DNA of 64,000 bases from PVC group bacterium. GTDB taxonomy: Bacteria > Omnitrophota > Gorgyraeia > B26-G9. The stretch covers positions 420,593 through 484,592 of the forward strand of contig JAAEQR010000142.1 of NCBI GenBank assembly GCA_024231215.1, read 5' to 3'. The translations under genes and the position numbers were made by a program. Positions 7,519 through 16,916 of the stretch are shown one piece after another. The notes beneath the pieces are model-generated. The model made no database searches and had not been told where the DNA came from. It saw nothing but the letters and a program-made list of their open reading frames with translations. Position 1 is the stretch's first letter, and each line of letters opens with the position of its first letter.

Positions 7519-10431
7519 CTACCAGCGCAATGGCTTTTGCCAAGCTTCTTTTAATTTTTCAACAGGGCAGTCGATTACCACTGTCCCGTTGGTACCTATC
7601 ACCCTGAATTTGCGTTCATCTTTTAGCTGCCCAATCAAGGAATACGGCACACCTTTAAGTGTCTGTTCAAACATCTTCTGCTTACGCGGTTCGACTTCTA
7701 CAACAAACCGGCTATTTGATTCTGAAAACAACAGCGTTTCGCTACTTAAATCTTTTTTATCAATCGCATGTTTCAGCCCGGATAAACAAACCTCCATACC
7801 CAAGCCTCCGGAAAATGCCATCTCAGCCATTGCAACTGCTAATCCTCCGTCGGAACAATCATGACACGACCGGACAAGTCCTTTGTTAACCGCACTGCTT
7901 AAATTTTCAAATATTTTAAGACTGTTTTTAAAATTAACTTTTGGCACATCCGGACTTGATAATCCGTTTACTGCGCAATAACTACTTCCGCCCATTTCAT
8001 CATAGGTAGTACCGATCACATATATAGCATTACCCGGGGCCTTAGCATCAGAAGATATTACTTTTTCAACATTCTCAACTACGCCCATAGCCGAGATCAA
8101 TAATGTCGGAGGAATAGACATCTTTTTACCCCCTACAGTAAACTCATTATTCAAACTGTCTTTGCCGGAAATAAATGGTATCTTATAAGCTAAAGAAGCA
8201 TCTTTACATCCCAAACACGCTCTAACCAGTTCGCCTAAGCCGGCCGGCTTAGAAGTATTTCCCCAACTGAAATTATCAAGCAAAGAAACCTTATTCAGAT
8301 TCCCTCCCACACTAATCACCTGCCGCAATGTTTCTTCAATACAAGAAACCGCCATCCAATAAGGATCAATGTCTCCATACCTTGAATTAATTCCACAGGA
8401 AACTACAATTCCTTTTTTTGATCCGGCTTTTGGTTTAATAACTGCTGCATCTTGAGGCCCGTCATTATTAACTCCACCTAAAGGTTTTAAAACACTCATT
8501 CCCTGCACCTCATGATCATACTGGCGGATTATCCATTCTTTACTGCAAACATTCAAATCTCCTAACACTTTCAGTAAACTAGAATTAAGATTTCTTGTCT
8601 TAGGCATTACTGATTTTTTAATTTTAGGTTTTTTCCAAATAGCCTTTCTTACTGTATCAGGAACTCCCTTATGTAAAAAATGCATATCCAAATCACAAAC
8701 TTTTGTTCCTTCATAAAAAAGCTCAAGATGATTAGTATTAGTAAATGTTCCGATAACGGTAGCTTCCACATTCTCCCGAGCAAAAAGATCTAATAGCTTC
8801 TTCAGCTTTGATTTTGGAACACTGATAACCATTCTTTCCTGAGCCTCGGAAATCCAAATCTCTTCATATGATAAACCGCTATATTTAAGAGGAACTTTTT
8901 CCAGGTCAACCCGCGCTCCGGTATCTTCGCCCATTTCACCTACCGCGCTGGAAAGCCCACCGGCGCCGCAATCAGTCACTGCAGTATACAAACCTTTATC
9001 CCGGGCCTGCAATAACGTATCTAAAACTTTTTTCTCAGTAATAGCATTACCGATCTGTACCGCACCGCTGGAAACAGTTTCCGACTCATGAGTTAGTTCT
9101 ATTGAAGAAAAAGTTGCTCCATGAATACCGTCCCGGCCGGTTCTGCCGCCGACAACTACAATATATTCATCAGAACTAACTTTTTTAAATGAGTGTTCTT
9201 TGGGTAGTATTCCTACTGTTCCGCAATATACAAGAGGATTTGAGGTATATCTTTCATCAAAAATAACCGAACCATTAGATGTTGGAATTCCCATCCGGTT
9301 GCCATAATCCCGAACCCCGGAAACTACGCCTTTCATAACTCTTTTAGGATGAAGCGCTCCCCTCGGCACTTTACTTACCGCAAGCTTAGGAGGCCCAAAA
9401 CAAAAAACATCTGTATTCATAATCGGCTTTGCCCCCAATCCCACACCCAAAATATCACGAATTACTCCGCCGATACCTGTTCCGGCTCCTCCATAAGGCT
9501 CAAGGGCTGAAGGATGGTTATGAGTTTCTACCTTAAAGCAAATATTATCGTCTTTATCAAAAGTGATGATTCCTGCATTATCTTTAAAAACAGAAATACA
9601 CCATTTTTTATTCAGCTTTTTGGTTGCCCCCATAATCGTCGATTTTAAAAGATTTTTAAAATTAGTAGTCTTTTTTGTTTCAGTATCTGTATATTTTATA
9701 TTTGCTTTAAGAGTTTTATGGCAGCAATGCTCTGACCAAGTCTGAGCCAGGGTTTCAAGTTCGCAATGATCAGGATTTCTTTTAAGCTTTTTAAAATAAT
9801 TCTGGATTATCTGCATTTCTTCTAAGGTCAGCGACAATTGCATCTGTTTACTTAATGCAATAAGTTTTCGGTCGAAAAGGTTAAGAAGGTCAACCGTGTT
9901 TTTTTTAAACTCGTAATTAACCTCTTTGTGAGCAATTAGAGTTTTTTTTAAATGCTCAACTTCAACAACATGCTGAATAACCTTATTATACAGCAGTTTT
10001 TCACTGATAAGAGAAAGTTGTTTTGCAAAAAGTCTGCCGTTAATCAAATACCGACGACCGGTCTTAATACTGTGCACCCCTTGAACATTTAAGTCCCGAA
10101 TCCCCTTTTTAGTACTTTCCTCCCATGGATCCATAACTCCGGGGTTATATGCAGTCTCAACTACGAAAAAATTTTTTTTCTTCTTAACTCTGAATTTTTT
10201 ATCTTCCAGTAATCCAAACTCATATTCCTGAATCACCCGGTCCGATAAAAGCTGGCCGCTTATTAGTTCTACCTGTTGTTTAGTAATATCTCCCTCTAAG
10301 ATATAGACCTGTATCATCTTAACGTCACTAACAGTATCAATGCCCAGATCAATAATATCCCGCTTTATACCCTGACCAACAGGATCCATCACCTGTGGTT
10401 TATTTTTAACCTCTATACGCCAAAACATCAT
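7519..10431 (-). CDS. purL: FGAM synthase synthetase subunit PurL with two N-terminal PurS-like domains
   Basis: QTWSEHC.HK, KVETHNHPS, GRTGRDGIHGA, DCGAGGLSS, SEAQERM, QYDHEV, ISGKDS, HDCSDGG. Confidence 0.96.
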   Translation of the reverse strand: MMFWRIEVKNKPQVMDPVGQGIKRDIIDLGIDTVSDVKMIQVYILEGDITKQQVELISGQLLSDRVIQEYEFGLLEDKKFRVKKKKNFFVVETAYNPGVMDPWEESTKKGIRDLNVQGVHSIKTGRRYLINGRLFAKQLSLISEKLLYNKVIQHVVEVEHLKKTLIAHKEVNYEFKKNTVDLLNLFDRKLIALSKQMQLSLTLEEMQIIQNYFKKLKRNPDHCELETLAQTWSEHCCHKTLKANIKYTDTETKKTTNFKNLLKSTIMGATKKLNKKWCISVFKDNAGIITFDKDDNICFKVETHNHPSALEPYGGAGTGIGGVIRDILGVGLGAKPIMNTDVFCFGPPKLAVSKVPRGALHPKRVMKGVVSGVRDYGNRMGIPTSNGSVIFDERYTSNPLVYCGTVGILPKEHSFKKVSSDEYIVVVGGRTGRDGIHGATFSSIELTHESETVSSGAVQIGNAITEKKVLDTLLQARDKGLYTAVTDCGAGGLSSAVGEMGEDTGARVDLEKVPLKYSGLSYEEIWISEAQERMVISVPKSKLKKLLDLFARENVEATVIGTFTNTNHLELFYEGTKVCDLDMHFLHKGVPDTVRKAIWKKPKIKKSVMPKTRNLNSSLLKVLGDLNVCSKEWIIRQYDHEVQGMSVLKPLGGVNNDGPQDAAVIKPKAGSKKGIVVSCGINSRYGDIDPYWMAVSCIEETLRQVISVGGNLNKVSLLDNFSWGNTSKPAGLGELVRACLGCKDASLAYKIPFISGKDSLNNEFTVGGKKMSIPPTLLISAMGVVENVEKVISSDAKAPGNAIYVIGTTYDEMGGSSYCAVNGLSSPDVPKVNFKNSLKIFENLSSAVNKGLVRSCHDCSDGGLAVAMAEMAFSGGLGMEVCLSGLKHAIDKKDLSSETLLFSESNSRFVVEVEPRKQKMFEQTLKGVPYSLIGQLKDERKFRVIGTNGTVVIDCPVEKLKEAWQKPLRW

Positions 10432-10432
10432 T

Positions 10433-10467
10433 TCGTATCTCGTTCCTCGTATCTAGTATCTCGTGTT
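10433..10467. repeat. Heptamer tandem array, family A (5 units)
   Basis: TCGTATC TCGTTCC TCGTATC TAGTATC TCGTGTT in purB-purL spacer; same unit as 63811-63912. Confidence 0.85.
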
Positions 10468-10493
10468 TAAAAAATTAATTTCAGTTCCCGACG

Positions 10494-11786
10494 TTAAATG
10501 CCTACACGCTTAAATATTGTTTCGATATTGCGCAGTACATATTTCAGATCAAAACAGCGATCTAATTCTTTTTGGCTAAAAACTTTCTTAACATCTTCGT
10601 CTTTCCCCAGAAGCTCTTTAAAATCAATTCCTTTTTCCCAGACCTTAAGCGCATTCCTTTGCACTACCTGATAAGCCTTTTCCCGTGACAACCCTTTCTC
10701 TATCAAAGCAATTAAAAGCCTTTGTGAAAACATGAGACCTTTTGTCTTGTTTAAATTATTCATCATGTTTTTCGGATAGACGATCAGCTTATCAGCTAAT
10801 TCCGTAAAAAGAGTCAACATATAATCAAGTACTATCGAAGAGTCCGGGATAATCACCCTTTCTACTGAAGAATGAGAAATATCTCTTTCATGCCACAAAG
10901 CTATATTTTCCATAGCTGCTAATGCATTGCCTCTTAGTATTCTGGCCATCCCGGAAATCCGCTCACAAGTAATGGGATTACGCTTATGCGGCATAGCAGA
11001 AGATCCTTTCTGCCCTTTTGAAAAATATTCTTCCACCTCTAAAATTTCCGTGTGCTGTAAATTCCTGATCTCTGTAGTGAATTTTTCCAAACTCGAACCG
11101 ATAATCGCTAATGTATTCATATATTGAGCATGACGATCACGCTGTACAACCTGACTAGCTACCGGCTCAACAGCTAATCCAAGTTTTTTCAAAACCATTC
11201 GCTCAACCCTAGGATCGATATTTGAATATGTCCCGACAGCACCGGAAAGTTTACCCACACATATATTCTTCTTGGCCTGTTCTAAGCGCTCCAGATTACG
11301 TTTTGTTTCTTCATACCAGAGAGCGAGTTTCAAACCAAAAGTTATCGGCTCAGCATGTACATTATGAGACCGGCCGGCCATCGGTGTGTATTTATGCTTT
11401 TTAGCCTTTTTCTTCAGCACTTTCAATAACGCTTTTAAATCTGCAATTAATATATCCAACGCATCTTTAAACTGTAATGCTGCCCCTGTATCTATAGCAT
11501 CATTGGAAGTCAATCCCATATGAATAAAGCGGGAATCAGGACCTACGTTTTCGGCAATACTGGTAAGAAAAGCAATAATATCATGTTTTGTCTTCTTTTC
11601 GATCTGCTTTATTCGTTTGATATCAAATTTAGCTCGTTTTTTTATGTTTTTCAGGGAAGATGCTGGAATTTTACCCAGTTTTGCCCAAGCCTCACAAACA
11701 GCAACCTCGACATCCAGCATTTTCTGCCATTTAGCCTGCTCTTCCCAAACCTTTCCCATCTTTTCCAAAGTATACCTTTTAATCAT
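10494..11786 (-). CDS. purB: Adenylosuccinate lyase
   Basis: TKHD, HMGLTSND, GRSHNVHAEP, GAVGT, GSSAMPHKRNP signature, LWHERDISHSSVER. Confidence 0.97.
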   Translation of the reverse strand: MIKRYTLEKMGKVWEEQAKWQKMLDVEVAVCEAWAKLGKIPASSLKNIKKRAKFDIKRIKQIEKKTKHDIIAFLTSIAENVGPDSRFIHMGLTSNDAIDTGAALQFKDALDILIADLKALLKVLKKKAKKHKYTPMAGRSHNVHAEPITFGLKLALWYEETKRNLERLEQAKKNICVGKLSGAVGTYSNIDPRVERMVLKKLGLAVEPVASQVVQRDRHAQYMNTLAIIGSSLEKFTTEIRNLQHTEILEVEEYFSKGQKGSSAMPHKRNPITCERISGMARILRGNALAAMENIALWHERDISHSSVERVIIPDSSIVLDYMLTLFTELADKLIVYPKNMMNNLNKTKGLMFSQRLLIALIEKGLSREKAYQVVQRNALKVWEKGIDFKELLGKDEDVKKVFSQKELDRCFDLKYVLRNIETIFKRVGI

Positions 11787-11810
11787 ATTACATCCTTTCG
11801 TAAGTATATA

Positions 11811-11839
11811 ATAATAACAAATTATTCAGGTTACGTCAA
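11811..11839 (-). promoter_or_regulatory. Putative sigma70 promoter of purB/pur operon
   Basis: Minus strand TTGACG-17 nt-TATTAT, ending 24 nt before the purB ATG. Confidence 0.55.
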
Positions 11840-11901
11840 CTTGGATTTTATATAGGTAAAATAAGGTAAGAATACAACATAATACTCATTCAAAAAACAC
11901 T

Positions 11902-12750
11902 TCAGAACGTAATCATGTCTGCAGATTGTAACGGAAAAGTAATCGTAAAACTGGTTCCTTTGCCCTCTTCACTAGCAACACCAACCGTACCTTTATGCTG
12001 CTCAACAACACGATAAACAATCGACAACCCCATGCCCATCCCCTTATCAGGAGACTTTGTTGTATAAAATGGATTGAAAACATTCTCTAACTTATCTGGA
12101 GAAATACCGCATCCGGTATCTTCAAATTTAACAACAATATTTTTTCCATTCTCGCTCAATTCCGTATTTACTCGAAGTTCTCCACCTTCAGAAGAATCCA
12201 AGCTTTCAATCGCATCTTTGGCATTGTTGATCAAGTTTAAAAATACCTGTTCTAATTGATGGACATCACCCCCTAATTCAGGTAGATTATTATCGAGTTT
12301 TGCGATTAAACGAATATTTTTCTTTTGCAATTCTTTTTCTAGAAGCGATAAAGAATCTTCAAGCGACCGATTAATATCTAATTTTTTAATATTTGACTTA
12401 GAACTTCCGGCAAAAAAACGAACACTTTTAATAATTCTGTCCATCCTATCCGCTTCCTGGATAATCTTAGCTACATCATCCCGCAGCGGACTATCTGTTT
12501 CCAAATCCATAAATACTGCCTGGGCAAAACCTCTAACCCCGGTTAAAGGCTGATTTAACTCATGCGAAATCCCTGCTGCCAGCTGTCCGATTGCGATCAT
12601 TTTATTTGACTGAACAAGTTCTTCCTGCGCTTCTTCAAAATTCTGAACTTTCCGATATTTCGCCTCTAAAAACTCCATTTCCGCAAGATTACTACGTAAA
12701 ACTTTTACTTCCTCAATTAGCTGTTCTTTAGTTTTATCTCGATCTTCCAC
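11902..12750 (-). CDS. Orphan cytoplasmic NtrB-like histidine kinase (HisKA + HATPase_c, no sensor domain)
   Basis: GQLAAGISHELNQPL H-box, QVFLNLINNAKDA N-box, DTGCGI G1, FNPFYTTK F-box, GMGMGLSI G2. Confidence 0.9.
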   Translation of the reverse strand: MEDRDKTKEQLIEEVKVLRSNLAEMEFLEAKYRKVQNFEEAQEELVQSNKMIAIGQLAAGISHELNQPLTGVRGFAQAVFMDLETDSPLRDDVAKIIQEADRMDRIIKSVRFFAGSSKSNIKKLDINRSLEDSLSLLEKELQKKNIRLIAKLDNNLPELGGDVHQLEQVFLNLINNAKDAIESLDSSEGGELRVNTELSENGKNIVVKFEDTGCGISPDKLENVFNPFYTTKSPDKGMGMGLSIVYRVVEQHKGTVGVASEEGKGTSFTITFPLQSADMITF

Positions 12751-12851
12751 GAAAATATCTCCCTTATAAGTGAATCAATGGAAATCATAATATTATATGT
12801 TTTTCTAGTATGTTTTAAATGTATTAGGTATACCTTATTATATACAGCTAA

Positions 12852-12880
12852 ATGATACATCATTATAACCTATCTGTCAA
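12852..12880 (-). promoter_or_regulatory. Putative sigma70 promoter for the histidine kinase
   Basis: Minus strand TTGACA-17 nt-TATCAT. Confidence 0.55.
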
Positions 12881-12918
12881 GGGAATAAATCTGTTTATAA
12901 AAACCAAAAAATAAGGCA

Positions 12919-12946
12919 TTGACTTTCAAACCTTGTATGATATAAT
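12919..12946 (+). promoter_or_regulatory. Putative sigma70 promoter for tRNA-Glu
   Basis: TTGACT-16 nt-TATAAT with extended -10 TGn and A-rich upstream tract. Confidence 0.65.
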
Positions 12947-12965
12947 TTTTGAATAATAAGACTAT

Positions 12966-13043
12966 GGTCCCATCGTCTAGTCTGGTCTAGGACGCCAGAT
13001 TCTCATTCTGGTAACACGGGTTCGAATCCCGTTGGGACTACCA
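12966..13043 (+). tRNA. tRNA-Glu (anticodon CTC)
   Basis: Acceptor GGTCCCA/TGGGACT, anticodon arm CCAGA-TTCTCAT-TCTGG, T-arm GGGTTCGAATCCC, encoded CCA. Confidence 0.96.
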
Positions 13044-13050
13044 AAAAGAA

Positions 13051-13085
13051 AAAAGGTCACTCTACAGAGTGACCTTTTGCTTTTT
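13051..13085. terminator. Intrinsic (likely bidirectional) terminator after tRNA-Glu
   Basis: AAAAGGTCACTC-TACA-GAGTGACCTTTT followed by T-rich tract, A-rich on the other side. Confidence 0.8.
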
Positions 13086-13201
13086 GGTTACTTCTCCAAC
13101 CCAGGGATTCGAACAAAAAGAGGATTTTAAAGAAAAGGAGCTAAAGCCGTTAGTCCCGCCGTAGGTGGGAACGGAGTCTGCACGTTAGTGCAGCGCAGTG
13201 C

Positions 13202-13417
13202 TTAAGCGACGTGAGATTCCCGTTGGGCTTTACTCTTGTAAGAATAGCACTTAAAATCATCCTCACCCTGTTGGTCTATACGATTTAGCATACAAAGAAT
13301 TTCTTCTTTTTTATCTCCATCGTACTTACACATAACACACAAACTCTGTTTAGGTACCAACGCAGGATTTACTGGCGTGCCATCATCCAAAAAATATCCT
13401 TCTAATTCTTCATCCAT
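13202..13417 (-). CDS. Small Cys-rich hypothetical protein (CxxC...C...C); start moved to ATG 13417
   Basis: MDEELEGYFLDDGTPVNPALVPKQSLCVMC...ILCMLNRIDQ...FKCYSY; AAGGA upstream of ATG. Confidence 0.6.
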   Translation of the reverse strand: MDEELEGYFLDDGTPVNPALVPKQSLCVMCKYDGDKKEEILCMLNRIDQQGEDDFKCYSYKSKAQRESHVA

Positions 13418-13461
13418 AGCCTTATTCCTTCGCAACAAGCCAAGCAAAGAGACCAAAAACC

Positions 13462-13944
13462 TTACAACTTATATTTAATCTGCCTCAGCAAATCCTTACG
13501 ACACTTAATATCTTCTTCCTGTTCTATGCCTTTTGGCTTATCGCCGTCTACTACTCCGAGAATCCCTCTTCTGCCCCCTCTATCTGCAACAACCACTTCT
13601 AAAGAATTAGCTGTAGCACAAAATATATTACAGACTTCCGGTACGTTTTTCAGGACACCCAAAACATTAATTGGATAAGCCTCACGCATAAAAATAATAA
13701 AAGAATGTCCGGCACTTATTTTGAAAGCATTATCTATCGCTGCCTTTTTCAATTCTTCATCATTTCCCTCATAACGAACAAGACATTTTCCAGATGCTTC
13801 GCAAAACGCAACCCCAAATTTTATATTTGGCACAGTATTTACCAAAGCCTCGTAAATGTCTTCTACTGTTTTAATGAAATGTGCCTGTCCGATAATCACG
13901 TTAGCATCTTTAGGAGTATTAACGTGAATATTTCGCATATCCAT
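13462..13944 (-). CDS. Adenosine-specific kinase family protein (DUF355-like); start moved to ATG 13944
   Basis: NVIIGQAHFIKTVED, FGVAFCEASG, AGHSF, YPINVL, VPEVC.IFCATAN, RGILGVVDG; GGAGG RBS. Confidence 0.85.
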   Translation of the reverse strand: MDMRNIHVNTPKDANVIIGQAHFIKTVEDIYEALVNTVPNIKFGVAFCEASGKCLVRYEGNDEELKKAAIDNAFKISAGHSFIIFMREAYPINVLGVLKNVPEVCNIFCATANSLEVVVADRGGRRGILGVVDGDKPKGIEQEEDIKCRKDLLRQIKYKL

Positions 13945-13960
13945 ACATTCCCTCCAATAT

Positions 13961-14413
13961 TTAAGCAATAATTCCCTTAATCAAGAAACATGCAGCAAAC
14001 GCAACAATCGCGTATAATTCCGGAAATACTGCCAAAACCATTGTCTTTCCAAAGACATCTGAACCACCGGCAATTCCGGCGATTCCATTAGCACAAACTT
14101 TTCCCTGATAGATCGCAGAGATCAATCCAGCCACTCCCATCATTATCCCGGCTCCTAATAAAGCTGCTCCCTGCATTATTGTGATTTCCGGAGTTAAGAC
14201 ATCTTTTAATACAAAAAAAGCGGCAAATCCATATAATCCCTGTGTCCCGGGAAGAGCACTCAGCACTAAACAGCTTGCAAACGCTTCTTCTTTTCTCTTT
14301 AGCGCTCCCACTGTTGCCGAACCTCCAATAGAAGTTCCAATCGCACTACCACAACCAGACAATCCCACCATAAGACCAACCCCGATAAATCCTAAAATTA
14401 ATGCTAATGTCAT
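13961..14413 (-). CDS. ntpK: V/A-type ATPase subunit K (4-TM proteolipid)
   Basis: GSAIG, LPGTQGLYGF, SAIYQG, FPELYAI; last gene of V-ATPase operon. Confidence 0.93.
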   Translation of the reverse strand: MTLALILGFIGVGLMVGLSGCGSAIGTSIGGSATVGALKRKEEAFASCLVLSALPGTQGLYGFAAFFVLKDVLTPEITIMQGAALLGAGIMMGVAGLISAIYQGKVCANGIAGIAGGSDVFGKTMVLAVFPELYAIVAFAACFLIKGIIA

Positions 14414-14489
14414 TTGTTACTCCTTTCCATTTATTTGTTTCATGTTAAATGTGTTATATTTAATGCTAAAAATCCTATCTTCTGTTTTT

Positions 14490-14519
14490 CTATCAGCCAT
14501 CAGCTATGAGCCATGAGCT
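14490..14519. repeat. Heptamer tandem array, family E (4 units), overlapping subunit I stop
   Basis: CTATCAG CCATCAG CTATGAG CCATGAG. Confidence 0.75.
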
Positions 14520-16285
14520 TTTTTGAACGGACTATATGCCCTTCCTCCACCTTCAAAACCAGCATTTTTATAAAATTCCACAAACGTTAAACGCAACGGA
14601 TGCACAAAACTCGAAAGCGCTCCTAAAGCAAAATTCAAACTATGTAAAACAACTAATAATATTAGTGTCAGAAAAAAACCGATTATCGGAATATCTTTAC
14701 ATTGTAATGCAATACTATTAAAGACAAAGCCCAGTATTGTGCTTGAGATTCCCAACGCAAAGAGCCGCACATAGCTTAAAATATCACCTAAGAACCCGGT
14801 CAAACCTCCGTATAATTCCCAAAGCCCCTTACCGATTCTCACAAAAATATTAGCTTTTAGATCATTAAATAACAAAATTAATACTAGCCCGATTAATGCT
14901 ATCCATTGGGCCCATTGAGGCGATGAATTTTTCCCCAAATATGCAAGAACTAATGGCAATACGCCGGTAAGCATCAGCATCCAACCCCAAGTTGATAAAC
15001 TTTCCATCAAACCGAATTGACGTATCTTTCCGATCGCTTTTAGCAGTAGGCCGAAAAATATTTGCACAACTCCTATTTTAAGCGATAAATAAAAAAGCTG
15101 ATTCGAATTTAACAAGACCATTTCTTCAAAAAACTCGATATTCACAAGCTCGATTCCAAACAAGTTACCGCAAATAATCCCGAACAAAAAAGTAGAAACT
15201 CCAAAAATTGATCCTAAGATTAAAAATGGTTTTTTATCACAAGATACCTTTTTCCAAAATATTGCACAAATAAATAAAATGATCAATCCATAACCAGCAT
15301 CAGCTAAACAAAACCCGAAAAACAAAGTAAAAAACGGAGCAAAAAACGCCGTTAAATCCATCTCCATATATTGCGGCAAAGCAAACATTTTAGTTATCGG
15401 CTCAAACAAACGTGCAAAACGATTGTTCTTAAGTAAAACCGGGATCATTTCACCTTTTTGAGGATCGGAAGCTTCAAAATACACTTCTTTTTTCTCCAGA
15501 AACTTCTCAACTTTTTCCATAAGTTTTCGCGGCACCCAGCCGTTCAATATATATATATTTCCTTCTACCGCTGAGCCCAGCCCCTGGCTAACCGCAAGAT
15601 ATGCTCGTTCAGTATGTAAAGTATTCCAAAATTCGCAAACCTCATCAGTATACGCAAACAATCCGTCCCTCTGTTTTAGCTTTTGGCTTTTTTGAACTTC
15701 CAAATCCGCTAATTCAGCTTCCAGTTTTTGTTTATCTGTATGTGGGTAAAAAAACTCATCACAGTCCAGCTCTATTTTCTCCTCTTTTTCCAAAACAACA
15801 AAGTAGACATATGTCTTATCCCGGGATATCTCCTCATAACATATATCCTTACTAGCGCATACTTCAAATTTCTTTATCGGGGTAATGAAAAACCTCATAT
15901 TAACCCCTGCTTGTTTTAATTTTTCCACATATTCAATATCAAAATCACCCCAGGGAGCTAAATTACGCAACTCTCTGGATATCTGTTCATGCCGCTCCTG
16001 CATATGCCGCAATTCTTCGCGGATCCCCTCGTAGGACTCCACGTACGAAAAAACATCACCCTGTTTTTCAGAAGAGACATCTGCTTCTTTTTTATTCTTA
16101 CGCGCAATTTTTAAAAATGACTCGCAACGTTCAATCTGTTTCTCGCGATCTTCCAAATCTTCATTTTTTAGTTCTTTTTTTTCTAAGCTTATATGCACTA
16201 CTCCTAAATCCTGCAACGCAAATAAAAAATCATCTTTATCTTTATGAAAAATTAAAGCTGTGAGTTTTTTCATCGGGACAATCAT
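14504..16285 (-). CDS. ntpI: V/A-type ATPase subunit I
   Basis: MIVPMKK, GWVP, PVLLKN, FFGFCLADAGYG, DILSYVRLFALG, FVHPLRLTFVEF. Confidence 0.95.
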   Translation of the reverse strand: MIVPMKKLTALIFHKDKDDFLFALQDLGVVHISLEKKELKNEDLEDREKQIERCESFLKIARKNKKEADVSSEKQGDVFSYVESYEGIREELRHMQERHEQISRELRNLAPWGDFDIEYVEKLKQAGVNMRFFITPIKKFEVCASKDICYEEISRDKTYVYFVVLEKEEKIELDCDEFFYPHTDKQKLEAELADLEVQKSQKLKQRDGLFAYTDEVCEFWNTLHTERAYLAVSQGLGSAVEGNIYILNGWVPRKLMEKVEKFLEKKEVYFEASDPQKGEMIPVLLKNNRFARLFEPITKMFALPQYMEMDLTAFFAPFFTLFFGFCLADAGYGLIILFICAIFWKKVSCDKKPFLILGSIFGVSTFLFGIICGNLFGIELVNIEFFEEMVLLNSNQLFYLSLKIGVVQIFFGLLLKAIGKIRQFGLMESLSTWGWMLMLTGVLPLVLAYLGKNSSPQWAQWIALIGLVLILLFNDLKANIFVRIGKGLWELYGGLTGFLGDILSYVRLFALGISSTILGFVFNSIALQCKDIPIIGFFLTLILLVVLHSLNFALGALSSFVHPLRLTFVEFYKNAGFEGGGRAYSPFKKAHGS

Positions 16286-16872
16286 ACTGTCGCTGCCTCC
16301 ATTCGACGTTTTAATACTTTCTGGGAAGATTTGGAAAGATTATCTTCATCTTCCAAGTATCGCTTGATCTTACGAATAGTCTCTTCAAAAAAAGGTATCT
16401 GTACTTTTTCATACAAATTCACCTTTTGAGTAGTTTTGCGCCGGGCATATTCAACACTTTTTAAAATTTTTTCTTCGGTTAAATGTTCTACTTTTAATCT
16501 GATTACTTCTTTTATCTCCTCTCTGCCCCGTAATACCCAGGCAGGATAAGCAAATAAACTAAAAGACCCCGGGGGGAAAATCACTTCCTTTATAACTTTC
16601 ACCTTAATACTGGCAATTTTTTTGTCGACAAGATCTACTTTTTCCAGCCTTACCAAATCTGGAAATTCGCTCCATAACCGTTTCATCCCAGCCAGAGATT
16701 CTATCTTTGCCTGGACTTTTTTATCTAATTCTTTAATCCTAGCCCGAATCCGCTTTGTCTCAGCTCGTAAAGCAGCTTCTTTGCTTTGCAATACGGGAAG
16801 CGCATTCATGCGAATCTTCAAATCCCTATTTATCTGAATCAATGTAATTTTATTATATTGTATCTGCGCCAT
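16282..16872 (-). CDS. ntpD: V/A-type ATPase subunit D
   Basis: ALPVLQSKEAALR, RKTTQKVNLYEKVQIP; operon position. Confidence 0.93.
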   Translation of the reverse strand: MAQIQYNKITLIQINRDLKIRMNALPVLQSKEAALRAETKRIRARIKELDKKVQAKIESLAGMKRLWSEFPDLVRLEKVDLVDKKIASIKVKVIKEVIFPPGSFSLFAYPAWVLRGREEIKEVIRLKVEHLTEEKILKSVEYARRKTTQKVNLYEKVQIPFFEETIRKIKRYLEDEDNLSKSSQKVLKRRMEAATV

Positions 16873-16916
16873 AATAATTTATACCAATTAAGAATTAATT
16901 TTTTATCTTTTTTTGT

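Noticed and set aside
13044-13460. Prophage or genomic island at tRNA-Glu
   Set aside because: No integrase or phage genes; only short tRNA-like echoes, reported as a finding
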